A DNA stretch of 64,000 bases, taken from contig NW_025963890.1 in the NCBI RefSeq assembly GCF_023055435.1, forward strand, positions 73,966,001-74,030,000, given 5' to 3'. Positions 25,701 to 38,300 of this stretch are shown here, in pieces. Positions within the stretch are counted from its first letter, which is position 1, and every line of letters begins with the position of its first letter. The notes beneath the pieces were generated by a model. That model did no database searches. It saw only the letters and a list, made by a program, of their open reading frames with translations, and was not told the DNA's origin. The stretch is from Haliotis rufescens. Its lineage: Eukaryota. The position numbers and the translations under genes are program-made.

Positions 25701-26939
25701 CATTAAGTGTAACCAACTCGGTAAGCACATTGTTTCATGACCTGCAGTTGCATGATTTGATTTAACTGTGTCCAATAAATATAACAACTTATTTATTATT
25801 GATAATCATATATTAACGGATAATAACTTATAAATTATAGTGGTGTTTTTATCATGTTTAAAATGTATACTTTTTCTCTTAACAATAGACTACAGGCAAT
25901 TAGGTGAAACAGAACCGGCAATTAGCCCTGTTCATGGATTTTCAATTTATGGTCCCGTGTATTGCGGATTTGATATTAAACCCATCTCCAATAAACATAA
26001 GATTATTCAGCATCTAAGAAAACTGAAAAGGTTGGCTGTGCCCATGTATAGTCCTCCTGCTTTAAGTTGATGGTTCAGGGCAAAACTATACTTTATTACA
26101 CTGCGCAAACATTATTCCCTTTCTTTCTAATAGGAACCCTCCTACGGATAAAAGCCATTACTGAATGCCTGAAACTATAGTTTGCGAGGCAGAGTTGCGT
26201 CCCTTAGGCGTGCCCTAAACCAATGATCGAAGATTCGAATAACAGATTCGCCCTGGTAGTGTTTCTAGATCAGCGCCATAACTGGGCTCATGGGTCCTGC
26301 TTATTTTGGGCTTTCTTCTGCATCATGTTCACTTACTTAGACAGATATTAGGAATTGTTCATGGTCAACTGTTGAACTGTTTGTTTGGAACAGCAAATGT
26401 ACATATCCGATGAATTCCTTGAAACATTTTTTTTAAAAGGAAAATATCCAGACCTCCAGTGGCAAGTTTCCTTTTCCTATGCAGAGAAGGCCATCACCAA
26501 ACATGCTGACAAGATTTCTTGGAAACCGTCACTTAGAACATTGAAAAGAGTCTTGGAAATTGCAAACGGCAACAGTGATTGTTGTGCCAAGGGCAAGAGT
26601 CCAGAACTCGTGCAGATCCAGGAAGCAGTGAGATATGTCAAGGAGCATAATCCTAAACTGCGTTCCTCCCGACTGACGACATACCACATCAGAACACTTA
26701 TGTGGTGGCAGCTGTATGATCTTACAGCAGGGGAGCACGTTTGGAGGCAGGAAACAATGGCTGCAAGATTTCAGGACTGTCTCCGGAAGTTCCAGAAAAT
26801 GATGACAGGGGAGATAGTGGTGCCACACTTCTTCCTACCCCAGATCAAGAACATCTTACCGAGGATGCACAAGGAGGAGAGGGCATTTCTCTATGTCATA
26901 GCAAAGGCAACTGAGGTTGTGTTCACCAAAAAACAATGA
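22709..26939 (+). CDS. cGLR copy B; exons 22709-24166, 24318-24558, 24733-24960, 26440-26939 (808 aa): N-terminal C2HC finger + 14-aa S/T repeats + Mab-21 NTase
   Basis: MSEVCPHCGEGFQRLASHEWRC, then (SAGRSTTPSASAGK)n, then the same spliced NTase motifs as copy A. An acceptor lies at 22683, with a candidate upstream UTR donor GAG|GTAATT at 22512. Confidence 0.9.
22847..23800 (+). repeat. Coding 42-bp (14-aa) tandem repeat, ~23 units
   Basis: Unit approx. AGTGCTGGGCGATCTACCACACCATCAGCCTCAGCGGGGAAG. Confidence 0.92.
25528..25693 (-). mobile_element. SINE family A insertion present only in cGLR-B intron 3
   Basis: TSD GCGATATCATTA. The empty site is present in cGLR-C at ~33536-33548. Confidence 0.88.
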
Positions 26940-27139
26940 CGCTCAAACTTGACATTTCAAATCATTGGTAGGCCAAGGATATTTATTTGTCAATTCAACT
27001 TCAGAGTGAGTGAGTGGGGATGAGGGGTTGGCAGACGAGGAAATGGAATGGCATGGCATTGATATGTATGTGTTGTTGTTATATACCATCTCCCTGTATA
27101 TCATGTGAGCGTTAATATTGATACGCAACTTGTGTGATC

Positions 27140-27245
27140 ACTGGGAAAGTAGGAATAATACAGAGGGAGAAAATCAGCGAGAACAGTTGGACACTGGTTA
27201 CACCAGAAACTACAAAAGCTGCTGTTTCCACAAAATGGAGTGAAG
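27140..27245 (-). pseudogene. Remnant of the HECT-like gene's terminal exon (second copy ~35570-35675)
   Basis: DNA similar to ~6975-7045. It translates as LHFVETAAFVVSGVTSVQLFSLI versus LHIVETAASVVSGSTSVQLFSMI in the intact gene, with stops upstream in that frame. Confidence 0.6.
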
Positions 27246-28449
27246 AACAGTGAATTCTGTGTTGTTATCAGTCCAGATCATGCATGTATTTCGACTCGTC
27301 CTTTGGTATGAAACAGCCAGGGAAACGAACCATTACCCTTAGGCAGTGTAGGACGACTGATGCCAAAGGACAATGGCCAAATTGCAACACATGAAGCATG
27401 GATTGGAATGATCTCAATGTCGTGGCTGGCGCCTGGCGACAGGCGTTTTGTGTGTGGAAATGAGACACTCTCAGGCTCCTGTCGGCCAACAGGGGAGATA
27501 ACTAGTGGATATTAAACCAACTTCAGACAGGGTGGACAGGGATGCATAACTAGAAGACCTTGCTGGACACTAAAACATTCAGGTAATCCTGGGAATGATA
27601 TTACAAATCCCTGTCTCAAAGATTAGCCATAACCCTAAATACAATCAAGGAAGGACATTCTTTTGTTTGCAGACAGTATTTAAGGCAAGTGGAAATAGTG
27701 TAGCAGTGACGTTTTCACGTTATATTTTGTTATACAAATTTTTTTTGTTCGTGTTATACAGTTTTGTTGGCAACAGTATTATTCGTGGTATTCTCTTTGC
27801 CTGATCTTTGTCTGGCCCAGGTTAATGAATATGTATAGCACGTGAATTTCATGTTAGTGAGAATCTTAGTTATAATAAAGAGTATTTTGATTGGCTGATG
27901 TGATCGTCTGGTCCAATAAAATTGTACCTCGTGGTTTCGTATGGCTGGTTAAGTGAAATTGTACCTCGTGGTTTCGTACGGCTGGTTCAATGAAATTGCA
28001 TTTTGAGAGGTACACATGTGCAGTCTTACAGAGACGAAGAGTTGCTTTGTCTTATAGACGGGGTATTAAAAACCCTTCACGTCTCGTAAAAATAAACGGA
28101 TTCACGACCTCATAGCAAGTCGTGTTTTGCTCGGCGCTATCCAACTGTTACATTAATACCATGTGGATTCTCAAAAACCTGAAGCATTTGCTTGAAGGTT
28201 TGCAATCTCAGTACAGAATCAGATTCATTTCTGTCAAAACATTTGAGTTTTCAACTTTGTACACACCATCCCCCATGACAAACCTAAGAAAAAGCTTCAT
28301 TCCTCGGGACACTTGGTACTAAAGCGGTGACCATACATATTGTTTCATAGATATACGAGTTTCAGGGCATTTGCCAAAAATGAAAGCAGATTTCATCTGA
28401 AGTGGAATAAAAAAACATGATACCTCCCGTAACAGTATCATGGCTGTAT

Positions 28450-28715
28450 TGAGTGAGTGAGTGAGTTGGGTTTCACGCCGCTTTTAACAGTATTCCAGTC
28501 ATATCACGGCGTGTCAGCTTAATGTGGGAGGAAAGCCCGAAGTGGTGCAGGTCTCAGACGTTTACCACTTCGGTGAAAACCACGAGCACGGGTATGGTGC
28601 TGACAAACCTAGAAACATAAACATGGGTGAACCACGATTCGAACCAATAATCATTGGGACGCAACTCTGCACAGCGAATCGCGGCGCCTTAGACGACTGG
28701 GCCACCCCTGCTCCC
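28450..28715 (-). mobile_element. SINE family C; other copies at ~36930-37210 (-), 38140-38420 (+), 51620-51900 (-), 55110-55325 (+), 58495-58780 (-)
   Basis: Head GGTGGCCCAGTCGTCTAAGGCG...GGTTCGAATC; body GATTCGCTGTGCAGAGTTGCGTCCC...CAGCACCATACCCGTGCTCGTGG; (ACTC)n tail. Confidence 0.75.
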
Positions 28716-29545
28716 CATGGCTGCATTGTCTTTGTTTGACAACACGTAGGCTATAGTCCGTTTTCTTATGACATTAACATACAGCATATATTGCGTAATC
28801 CTATTACCCACTGTCATCTTGTGCACCATTATTGTGTTGCGTGAACGTTGTTGCAATATTTGCAGTAGTTATTGAATACATTCTGGTTACACGTATGGTG
28901 TCATTTGTTGATGATATCATACCATGCGTTCTGAGAGAAATACAATAATATGTGTAGGACGTTAAGCATGAATGTTGTTTTATGCCATAGTCATCACACC
29001 AGTCAATAATCGGGCCTTGGCAAGGCAAAGCAGTGACTGGAAACATGGCCAACGGTCCACGTTATCGGATGGATGGATGGATGGATGGATGGATAAGGAA
29101 CATTTGTCAAGTTACACTAACATTTTCAGTATCAGAATCCCGAATTATACAACGTCTCATTCCATATCAGCACAGTGATCACGATTAAATGAAAAGTAGT
29201 AACGGCTACCAATGAGTCATTCATAGAAAAACTGCAATTCATAAGAACGTTAGAGAACATTTAATACCCTCTCTCCGGCTTCCATAATGGGTAAAGTATG
29301 TCTGTATTGACAGTGTCTATTTGGCAGCTCGTAATAACGTTCAGCATTCCTCTGGCCATACGTTACTGCATAAGAGAGCTGATAGTGTTATATAGCACGT
29401 AGCATTGGAGGTTTACCAAGCAACAAAGGCGACACCTTGGATGAATTCAAGCGTTGAAAGCGAAAGTAGCCCTGACTGACGAATGTTCAGCTGGGTCAGT
29501 GATATACAACCATAAGAAGACATTACACAGTACACCTGAACGATC

Positions 29546-29710
29546 TGAGTGAGTGAGTATGGTTTTACGTCGCTTTTAGCAATATTCCAGCAATATCAAG
29601 ACGGGGGACCCCAGAAATGGGCTTCACACATCGTACCCATGTCGGGAATCGAACCCGGGTCTTCGGCGTCACGAGAGAATGCTTTAACCACTAGGCTACC
29701 CGACCGCCCC
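29546..29710 (-). mobile_element. SINE family A with TSD; only a ~30-bp stub remains at the paralogous site 21796-21828
   Basis: Flanked by CTGAACGATCTGA direct repeats. Confidence 0.88.
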
Positions 29711-30606
29711 TGAACGATCTGAAGACACAATGGATGAAGTAAATTGATTTTTATTTATCCTCTCTGTGTGGGTGATGAACAGGGGAATTTCCACGAAATA
29801 TTGATTGACTGCTGTTGGCGGAACCATTAAACGTGTTTGTACCTGGAAATGTAAGGTGAAACAACTGCTGGCATTTTAGGTGAGCGTTGTATGTTGTTTG
29901 TTATTGTACACATTAATCAGCAACATAGTAATTGGGTTGAATTCTGAATTGTCTGAAGTTATATTGCTGAAATGATTCCTTCTTTTAACTGACCCGATCG
30001 TTATATTCTTGTCAACAGATCATGTTAGTCTCCTTTAGCGACAATCAATAGGGTGCTTGGGATGTATACTTACCTGGAGCATAGTTCTAACATTAGTTGG
30101 ACGCACTTTATATTTATTAGTATGTCAGCCATATCACAGAGCCTGGTCACCCTTGTCTTCTCGTATGACAAGTAATAGTGTGCAGGGAACCTGATGAACC
30201 TGGGTCAGAGATCATAGATTGGTTAAACTTGCGATTTGAGTTTTGTAGGAATACATGTTAGGTATTACCAAAACCTATTTTTAGTGGCAAGTGACTGGCT
30301 ATATCTGTATGCTATTTCATAGAAGCGGAAATTTTGCTCCACTCCATTGTGCGGGTCGGTTGTGCAAGTGAGTCGGGGTTTCCGCTGGGGTTGGCAGTGT
30401 CAGGGCAAGGTAATTTAGCCAAGAGTTTAAAATTTTAACTATCAGATATGTTGTGATAAGCAGCAGACATCAACATCCAATCATCTGTATGCTACTTACT
30501 ATCTATTACCTGGTGTTATCATTTAGCTGTCAAGTTATAATGAGCCATTCAATGTTTATAAACTGTGATATTATTTATCAGTACACCACGGGGAGTTCTG
30601 GCCAAC

Positions 30607-33600
30607 ATGAGTAAGGTCTGCCCCCACTGCGGGAAGGGCTTTCAACGCCTTGCGTCTCACGAGTGGAGGTGCAAGGAGAAGGGAACAGCCGTCCCTGCTT
30701 CCTCCGTCCCCCAGTCTCGTTCATCTGGGAGCTCAAGTACAAAATCAGCCTCAGCAAGGAAAAGTCCTGGGCGATCTACCACACCATCAGCCTCAGTAGG
30801 GAATAGTGCTGGGAGAACTACCACACCATCAGCCTCAGCAGGGAGGAGTGCTGAGCGATCTACCACGCCATCAGCCTCAGAAGGGAAGAGTGCTGGGCGA
30901 TCTACCACACCATCAGCCTCAGCAGGGAAGAGTGCTGGTCGATCAATCACGCCATCTGCCTCAGCAGGGAATAGTGCTGGACGATCTTCCACGCCATCAG
31001 CCTCAGCGGGGAAGAGTGCTGGGCGATCAACCACACCATCAGCCTCAGCGGGGAACAGTGTTGGGCGATCTGCCACGCCATCATCCTCAGCAGGTAAAGG
31101 TGCTGGGCGATCTACCACACCATCAGCCTCAGCAGGGAACAGTTCTGGGCGATCTACCACACCATCAGCTTCATCGGGGAAAAGTGCTGGGCGATCTACC
31201 ATACCATCAGCCTCAGCGGGGAAGAGTGCTGGGCGATCTACCACACCATCAGCCTCAGCTGGGAACAGTGCTGGGCAATCTACCACACCATCAGCCTCAG
31301 TGGGGAATAGTGCTGGGAGAACTACCACACCATCAGCCTCAGCGGGGAAAAGAGCTTGGCGATCTACCACACCATCAGCCTCAGTGGGGAATAGTGCTGG
31401 GAGAACTACCACACCATCAGCCTCAGCGGGGAGGAGTGCTGAGCGATCTACCACGCCATCAGCCTCAGAAGGGAAGAGTGCTGGGCGATCAACCACACCA
31501 TCAGCCTCAGCAGGGAAGAGTGCTGGGCGATCAATCACGCCATCTGCCTCAGCAGGGAATAGTGCTCGACGATCTACCACACCATCAGCCTCAGCAGGGA
31601 AGAGTGCTGGGCGATCAACCACACCATCAGCCTCAGCGGGGAACAGTGCTGGGCGATCTACCACGCCATCATCCTCAGCAGGGAACAGTTCTGGGCGATC
31701 TACCACACCATCAGCTTCATCGGGGAAGAGTGCTGGGCGATCTACCATACCATCAGCCTCAGCGGGGAACATCGCTGGGCGATCTACCACACCATCAGTC
31801 TCAGCAGGTGAAGGTGCTGGGCGATCTACCACACCATCAGCCTTAACGGGGAAAAGTGCTAAGCAATCTACCACACCATCAGCCTCAGTGGGTACCATTG
31901 CAGGTGCTTGGCGTTCCGATGATGCAACAAGGAATGGCTACGTTTGTTCCACAGACTCAGAAACAGAATTCACAGAGATATGGGAGATGGATGCATTGGT
32001 CAAAGAGATGGTCGAGAGAAACATCATTCGGAACTCTGACAATCCAAAAAAGAACATCAAAAGGTTTTTTGAAAATGAAGTTAAGATGGAGCAGAAGGAC
32101 ATCCAGCAGGCGTTGGTGCACTTTAAATGGTTGAGGGAAAGGATTGTAGGACAACTAAACAGTGGGATGAACTTTGGAACATGGAAGGCTTGCAATGCAG
32201 GGTCGCATTTCGATGGAACTAAGGTAAGAATATGATCATTGCAATATAAGTTTTTGTTTCCTAAAGTTATTACAAATATTGTTTGTCGTACATTTGGGAA
32301 TTCTAATATTTTTAACACGTGACGTAAGAACACTGACATAAAAAATTAGATTTATGAGTCACATCCTTCTACAGGTGGCTCGACCAAATGAAATGGACTG
32401 CACAATGTTCCCAATTCTTCAGACCAAACTTGAGGCTGTGTTTGATGACACCTGCGAAGTTGGAACCTGCAAGGTGAAGGTCGTCGGTGTCGTGGATGAC
32501 CACGAGGAGGATCTCCGGCTATTCCTTGATGGAGGCTTTGTTAACTCTAAAAAGTTCAGGATATACGTCTTTGAGAAGCTTGAACGAGTTCTTGAGACAG
32601 ATAGAAAGTTAAAGGGTTCGTTGATTTCTGTCACATCTTCAAATTCATAAATGTCTTTCAGTATGATGTACGGTTGTATAAATCTATTGTTTACAAGACG
32701 CAACATCAATTTATAAACTTGACACATTTGAGGCTGAGATCTAACTACAAGCAGGAAACACAAATCACTACAGATACGTTTTGTTTCAGGTGCACGCAAG
32801 TTCAAAGATTCACAGTCTTTTGCAGTCAAGTATGAGGGTATTCCATCTGAGGAAGGGATGAAAAGTATTGACATTGACTTTGTGCCATCCTTAAACATTA
32901 AACCCTGGCCTAGAAAGAACGTTTCCCGGGACATTGAAGACATCCTCCCGGACCAAGCTAAAGCTGCATCCATTAAGGAAAACGGATTCAATGTAACACC
33001 GAAGCAACAGAATCAAGGCAAGTATTTATGTGCTGAAACATATTTATGCTTCACTAAACGTTCAAGGAAGGCGACTGTCTTTCCGTCGAGAGAAAGTACA
33101 CTTTTTCAGGTGCGTCATTATGTGCTGACGTCATGACGCTGTTCAAATTACCTCCCCATGATCTAACGTATCATTGGAAAATCGTTCTTTCATTACTGTC
33201 AAGCAAGGTAGTGCATTGTGAAATAGTTCAAACGTGTCGAATTACTGGGCATTATTCCCAAGGAAGAAATAAGGCAAGCTGATATGAGCTATCTCTCACG
33301 CCACAGGGTTATTCTATGCCACAGCAGCCACAGCAGCCACAATGTTACGACTGTCTGAACATAGGCATGACAGGTTATTGAAGAGCTTAATGACACCATG
33401 TAAACCTGTTGCTCAGCGTAGGGCATTTAGCCAAAATACTGCAATCAAACAAAACGACCGCTGTTGCTCTACCTCTGCCTCTGCCTTGTTCGTCCCATGG
33501 CGATATCACGCCCCTCGCCTTCGATTCACGTCGGTTGCGATATCATTAAGTGTAACCAACTCGGTAAGCACATTGTTTCATGACATGCAGTTGCATGATT

Positions 33601-35375
33601 TGATTTAACTGTGTCCAATTAATATAACAATTTACTTGTTATTGATTATCATATATTGACGGATAATAACATGAGACTTATCAATTTTTGTGGTGTTTTT
33701 ATCATGTTTAAAATGTATACTTTGTCTCTGAACAATAGGCTGCAGGAAATAAGGTGAAACAGAACCGGCACTTAGCCCTGTTAATGGATTTTCAATTTAT
33801 GGCCCCCGTGTATTGCGGATTTGATATTAAACCCATCTCCAATAAAACATAAGATTATTCAGCATCTAAGAAAGCTAAAAAGGTTGGCTGTGCCCGTGTG
33901 TAGCCCTCCTGCTTTAACTGTTTTGTTCAGGGCAAAACCATACTTTATTACACTGAGCAAACATCATTCCCTTTCTTTCTAAGAGGAACCCTCCTACAGA
34001 TAATAGCCACTACTGAGTGCCTAAAGTACTCACGGAAATGAAAAACACAATAACTGTTTTTTCGATCTCAGATTTTAAATAAATGCAGTTAATATACAAA
34101 ATATATAAATATTCAAACAACTCAATTAGTACTAATTGGGCCTTGGTACAAATACCGCGTATCAAAGGTATGAACAAAACAGACTGTTGTGAAACTGAGC
34201 ATAACCAGGTGTTAGTAGATCAAGGTGAATGTCCATGACATATGACACCTTGACGACAGGTGAAAACAGGTGCTTGAAACCCACGTGCATGGGATTTGCC
34301 AGTGGTTAGTGATTTGTGAGTGGCATTGTGGGATAGTGAATCATCGTCCAGATATCAGAACGTACAAGTAATATATTCCCTTCTCAAACAACAACTTACA
34401 TGTCATTATTATTATGTACATAAACATAGCTGTTATTTTTATTGTTGTTTTGATAACTTTTATTCAAGGCTAATTTGCATAATGCCTATAGCCTGTTTCT
34501 GCCATGTCAATTTGTTTTGTTATTTCGTATTTCCATCTACGTAATGCTTTGTGTCGATTATTAAATCCAGCAAAACAGGGTTTTTTTCATTTCCATGAGT
34601 ACTTTAATACTTTAGTTTGCAATGCAGAGTTGCGTCCCTTAGGCGTGCCTGAAACCAATGATCGAAGATTTGAATAACAGATTCGCCCTGGTAGTGTTTC
34701 TAGATCAGCGCCATAACTGGGCTCATGGGTCTTGCCTATTTTGGGCTTTCTTCTGCATCATATACACTAACGTAGACAGAAAATAGGAATTGTTCATGGT
34801 CAGCATTTGAACTCTTTGCTTTGAACAGCAAATGTACATATCTGATGAATTCCATTAAATATTTTCTTTTAAAAGGAAACGATCCAGACCTCCTGTGGCA
34901 AGTTTCCTTTTCCTATGCAGAGAAGGCCATCACTAAACATGCTGATAAGATTTCTTGGAAACCGTCACTTAGAACATGGAAAAGAGTCTTGGAAATTGCA
35001 AAAGGCAACAGTGATTGTTGTGCCAAGGGGAACAGTCCAGAACTCGTGCAGATCCAGGAAGCAGTGAGATATGTCAAGGAGCATAATCCTAAACTGCGTT
35101 CCTCCCGACTGACGACATACCACATCAGAACACTCATGTGGTGGCAGCTGTATGGTCTAACAGCAGGGGAGCACGTTTGGAGGCAGGAAACAATGGCTAC
35201 AAGATTTCAGGACTGTCTCCGGAAATTCCAGAAAATGATGGCAGGGGAGATAGTGGTTCCACACTTCTTCCTACCCCAGATCAAGAACATCTTACCGAGG
35301 ATGCACAAGGAGGAGAGGGCATTTCTCTATGTCATAGCAAAGGCAACTGAGGTTGTGTTCACCAAAAAACAATGA
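30607..35375 (+). CDS. cGLR copy C; exons 30607-32223, 32375-32615, 32790-33017, 34876-35375 (861 aa); intron 3 has a GC donor
   Basis: MSKVCPHCGKGFQRLASHEWRC plus ~27 14-aa repeats and intact NTase motifs. The donor is AAG|GCAAGT at 33018, where copy B has AAG|GTAAGT. Confidence 0.85.
30745..31900 (+). repeat. Coding 42-bp (14-aa) tandem repeat, ~27 units
   Basis: Same unit as in copy B, with different copy number and variant order. Confidence 0.92.
34023..34605. mobile_element. MITE present only in cGLR-C intron 3
   Basis: TIRs AAAGTACTCACGGAAATGAAAAA / TTTTTCATTTCCATGAGTACTTT. Absent at the paralogous site (~26170) in copy B. Confidence 0.8.
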
Positions 35376-38300
35376 CGCTCAAACTTGACATTCTTGGTAG
35401 GCCAAGGATATTTATTTGTCAATTCAACTTCAGAGTGAGTGAGTTGGGATGAGGGGTTGGCAGACGAGGAAATGGAATGGCATGGCATTGATATGTATGT
35501 GTTGTTGTTATATACCATCTCCCTGTATATCATGTGAGCGTTAATATTGATACGCTGCTTGTGTGATCACTGGGAAAGTAGGAATAAAACAGAGGGAGAA
35601 AATCAGCGAGAACAGTTGGACACTGGTTACACCAGAAACTACAAAAGCTGCTGTTTCCACAAAATGGAGTGAAGAACAGTGAATTCTGTGTTGTTATCAG
35701 TCCAGATCATGCATGTATTTCGACTCGTCCTTTGGTATGAAGCAGCCAGGGAAACGAACCATTACCCTTAGGCAGTGTAGGACGACTGATGCCAAAGGAC
35801 AATGGCCAAATTGCAACACATGAAGCATGGATTGGAATGATCTCAATGTCGTGGCTGGCGCCTGGCGACAGGCGTTTTGTGTGTGGAAATGAGACACTCT
35901 CAGGCTCCTGTCGGCCAACAGGGGAGATAACTACTGGATATTAAACCAACTTCAGACAGGGTGGACAGGGATGCATAACTAGAAGAACTTGCTGGACATA
36001 CTAAAACATTCAGGTAATCCTGGGAATGATATTAGAAATCCCTGTCACAAAGATTAGCCATGACCCTAAATACAATCAAGGAAGGACATTGTTTTGTTTG
36101 CAGACAGTATTTGAGGCAAGTGGAAATAGTGTAGCAGTGACGTTTTCACGTTATATTTGGTTATACAATAAAAAAAAAAATTGTTCGTGTTATACAGTTT
36201 TGTTGGCAACAGTATTATTCGTGGTATTCTCTTTGCCTGATCTTTGTCTGGCCCAGGTTAATGAATATGTATAGCACGTGAATTTCATGTTAGTGAGAAT
36301 CTTAGTTATAATAAAGAGTATTTTAATTGGCTGATGTGATCGTCTGGTCCAATAAAATTGTACCTCGTGGTTTCGTACGGCTGGTTAAGTGAAATTGTAC
36401 CTCGTGGTTTCGTACGGCTGGTTCAATGAAATTGCATTTTGAGAGGTAAACGTGTGAGGTTGAACACAAGAGTGGTCACCGGGTATAACGTGTTAGTTTG
36501 CAGTCTTACAGACACGAAGAGTTGCTTTGTCTTATAGACGGGGTATTAAAAAGGCTTCACGTCTCGTAAAAATAAACGGATTCACACCCTCAGAGCAAGT
36601 CGTGATTTGCTCGGCGCTTTCCAACTGTTACATTAATACCATGTGGATTCTCAAAAACCTGAAGTATTTGCTTGAAGTTTTGCAATCTCAGTATAGAATC
36701 AGATTCAATTCTGTCAAAACATTTGAGTTTTCAACTTTGTACACACCATCCCCCATGACAAACCTAAGAAAAAGCTTCATTCCTGGGGACACTTGGTACT
36801 AACGCGGTGACCATACATATTGTTTCATAGATATACGAGTTTCAGGGCATTTGCCAAAAATGAAAGCAGATTTCATCTGAAGTGGAATCAACAAACATGT
36901 TACCTCACGTAACAGTATCATGGCTGCATTGAGTGAGTGAGTGAGTTGGGTTTCACGCCGCTTTTAACAGTATTCCAGTCATATCACGGCGTGTCAGCTT
37001 AATGTGGGAGGAAAGCCCGAAGTGGTGCAGGTCTCAGACGTTTACCACTTCGGTGAAAACCACGAGCACGGGTATGGTGCTGAAAAACCTAGGAACATAA
37101 TCGGGGCGAACCAGATTCGAACCAATAATCATAGGTTTCTGGCGTGCCCAAGGGACGCAACTCTGCACAGCGAATCGCGGCGCCTTAGACGACTGGGCCA
37201 CCCCTGCTCCCCATGGCTGCATTGTCTTTGTTTGACAACACGTAGGCTATAGTCCGTTTTCTTATGACATTAACATACAGCATATATTGTGTAATCCTAT
37301 TACCCACTGTCATCTTGTGCACCATTATTGTGTTGCGTGAACGTTGTTGCAATATTTGCAGTAGTTATTGAATACATTCTGGTTACACGTATGGTGTCAT
37401 ATGTTCTCGTTATTACTTCAATGTCATATGCAAAGTATAACGAGAAATTTTTGACCAACTGGTTTGTTTGTTTGTTTGTTGTTTAACGCCGCACTCAGCA
37501 ATATTCCATCGATATTGTAAATAATCGAGTTTGGACCAGACAATCCGGTCATTGACAGACATCATGAACATCGATCCACACACTCGGCATACGATGACAT
37601 GCATGAACCAAGTCAGCGAGCCTGACCACCCCATCTCGTAATTGTACTGCAGTCCTAAATAATAGATTAAGGACTATGGGATTTACATTTCATTTCATAA
37701 GCAAGCTAAATATATAGACAGTATTTTCATAATTATATGCGTTATATTTAAGATGTTTCTTAAAATTTAAAATATTAACATGTAAATTTTGTGGTTGATA
37801 TTTCATAGTTTCACCATAAGCTGGACAAATAAACGTGAAATGAAATTCTTCTATACCGATTTAAGATAATGGACATATTCTCAGTGATTTTTTGTCACCT
37901 ACCTTCGTTTATTTTGAAACGTAGTAGCCCTGTTCTTTTTGTATCTAATATTTTTCGAAATTTGAAGTCAACGATAACATTAAGGTATTTCTCGGGTGCA
38001 AGCAACGTCTTACATTCCTTATAAAAAAAACTATACCTTGGACTACCTTTGAGATCCGATCTCTAATTCTGATTTTTTTTAAATGTATTGTACGTTTCTT
38101 AAATATATTAATGAAATATACGGGATTTCCAACAGTCTGTGGGGACACGGGTGGCCAAGGCGTCTAAGGCGCCGCGATTCGCTGTGCAGCGTTGCGTCCC
38201 TTGGGCACGCTAGAAACCTATGCTTGTGGGTTCGAATCCCGGTTCGCCCCGATTATGTTTCTAGGTTTGTCAGCACCATACCAGTGCTCATGGGTTTCAT

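Larger units (their letters stand above)
21164..37400 (+). repeat. Tandem segmental duplication: unit 1 ~21164-28903 (cGLR-B), unit 2 ~28904-37400 (cGLR-C)
   Basis: TTGTTGATGATATCATACCATGCG begins both units and GGTTACACGTATGGTGTCAT ends both. Upstream region, introns and 3' flanks are colinear and highly similar. Confidence 0.92.
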
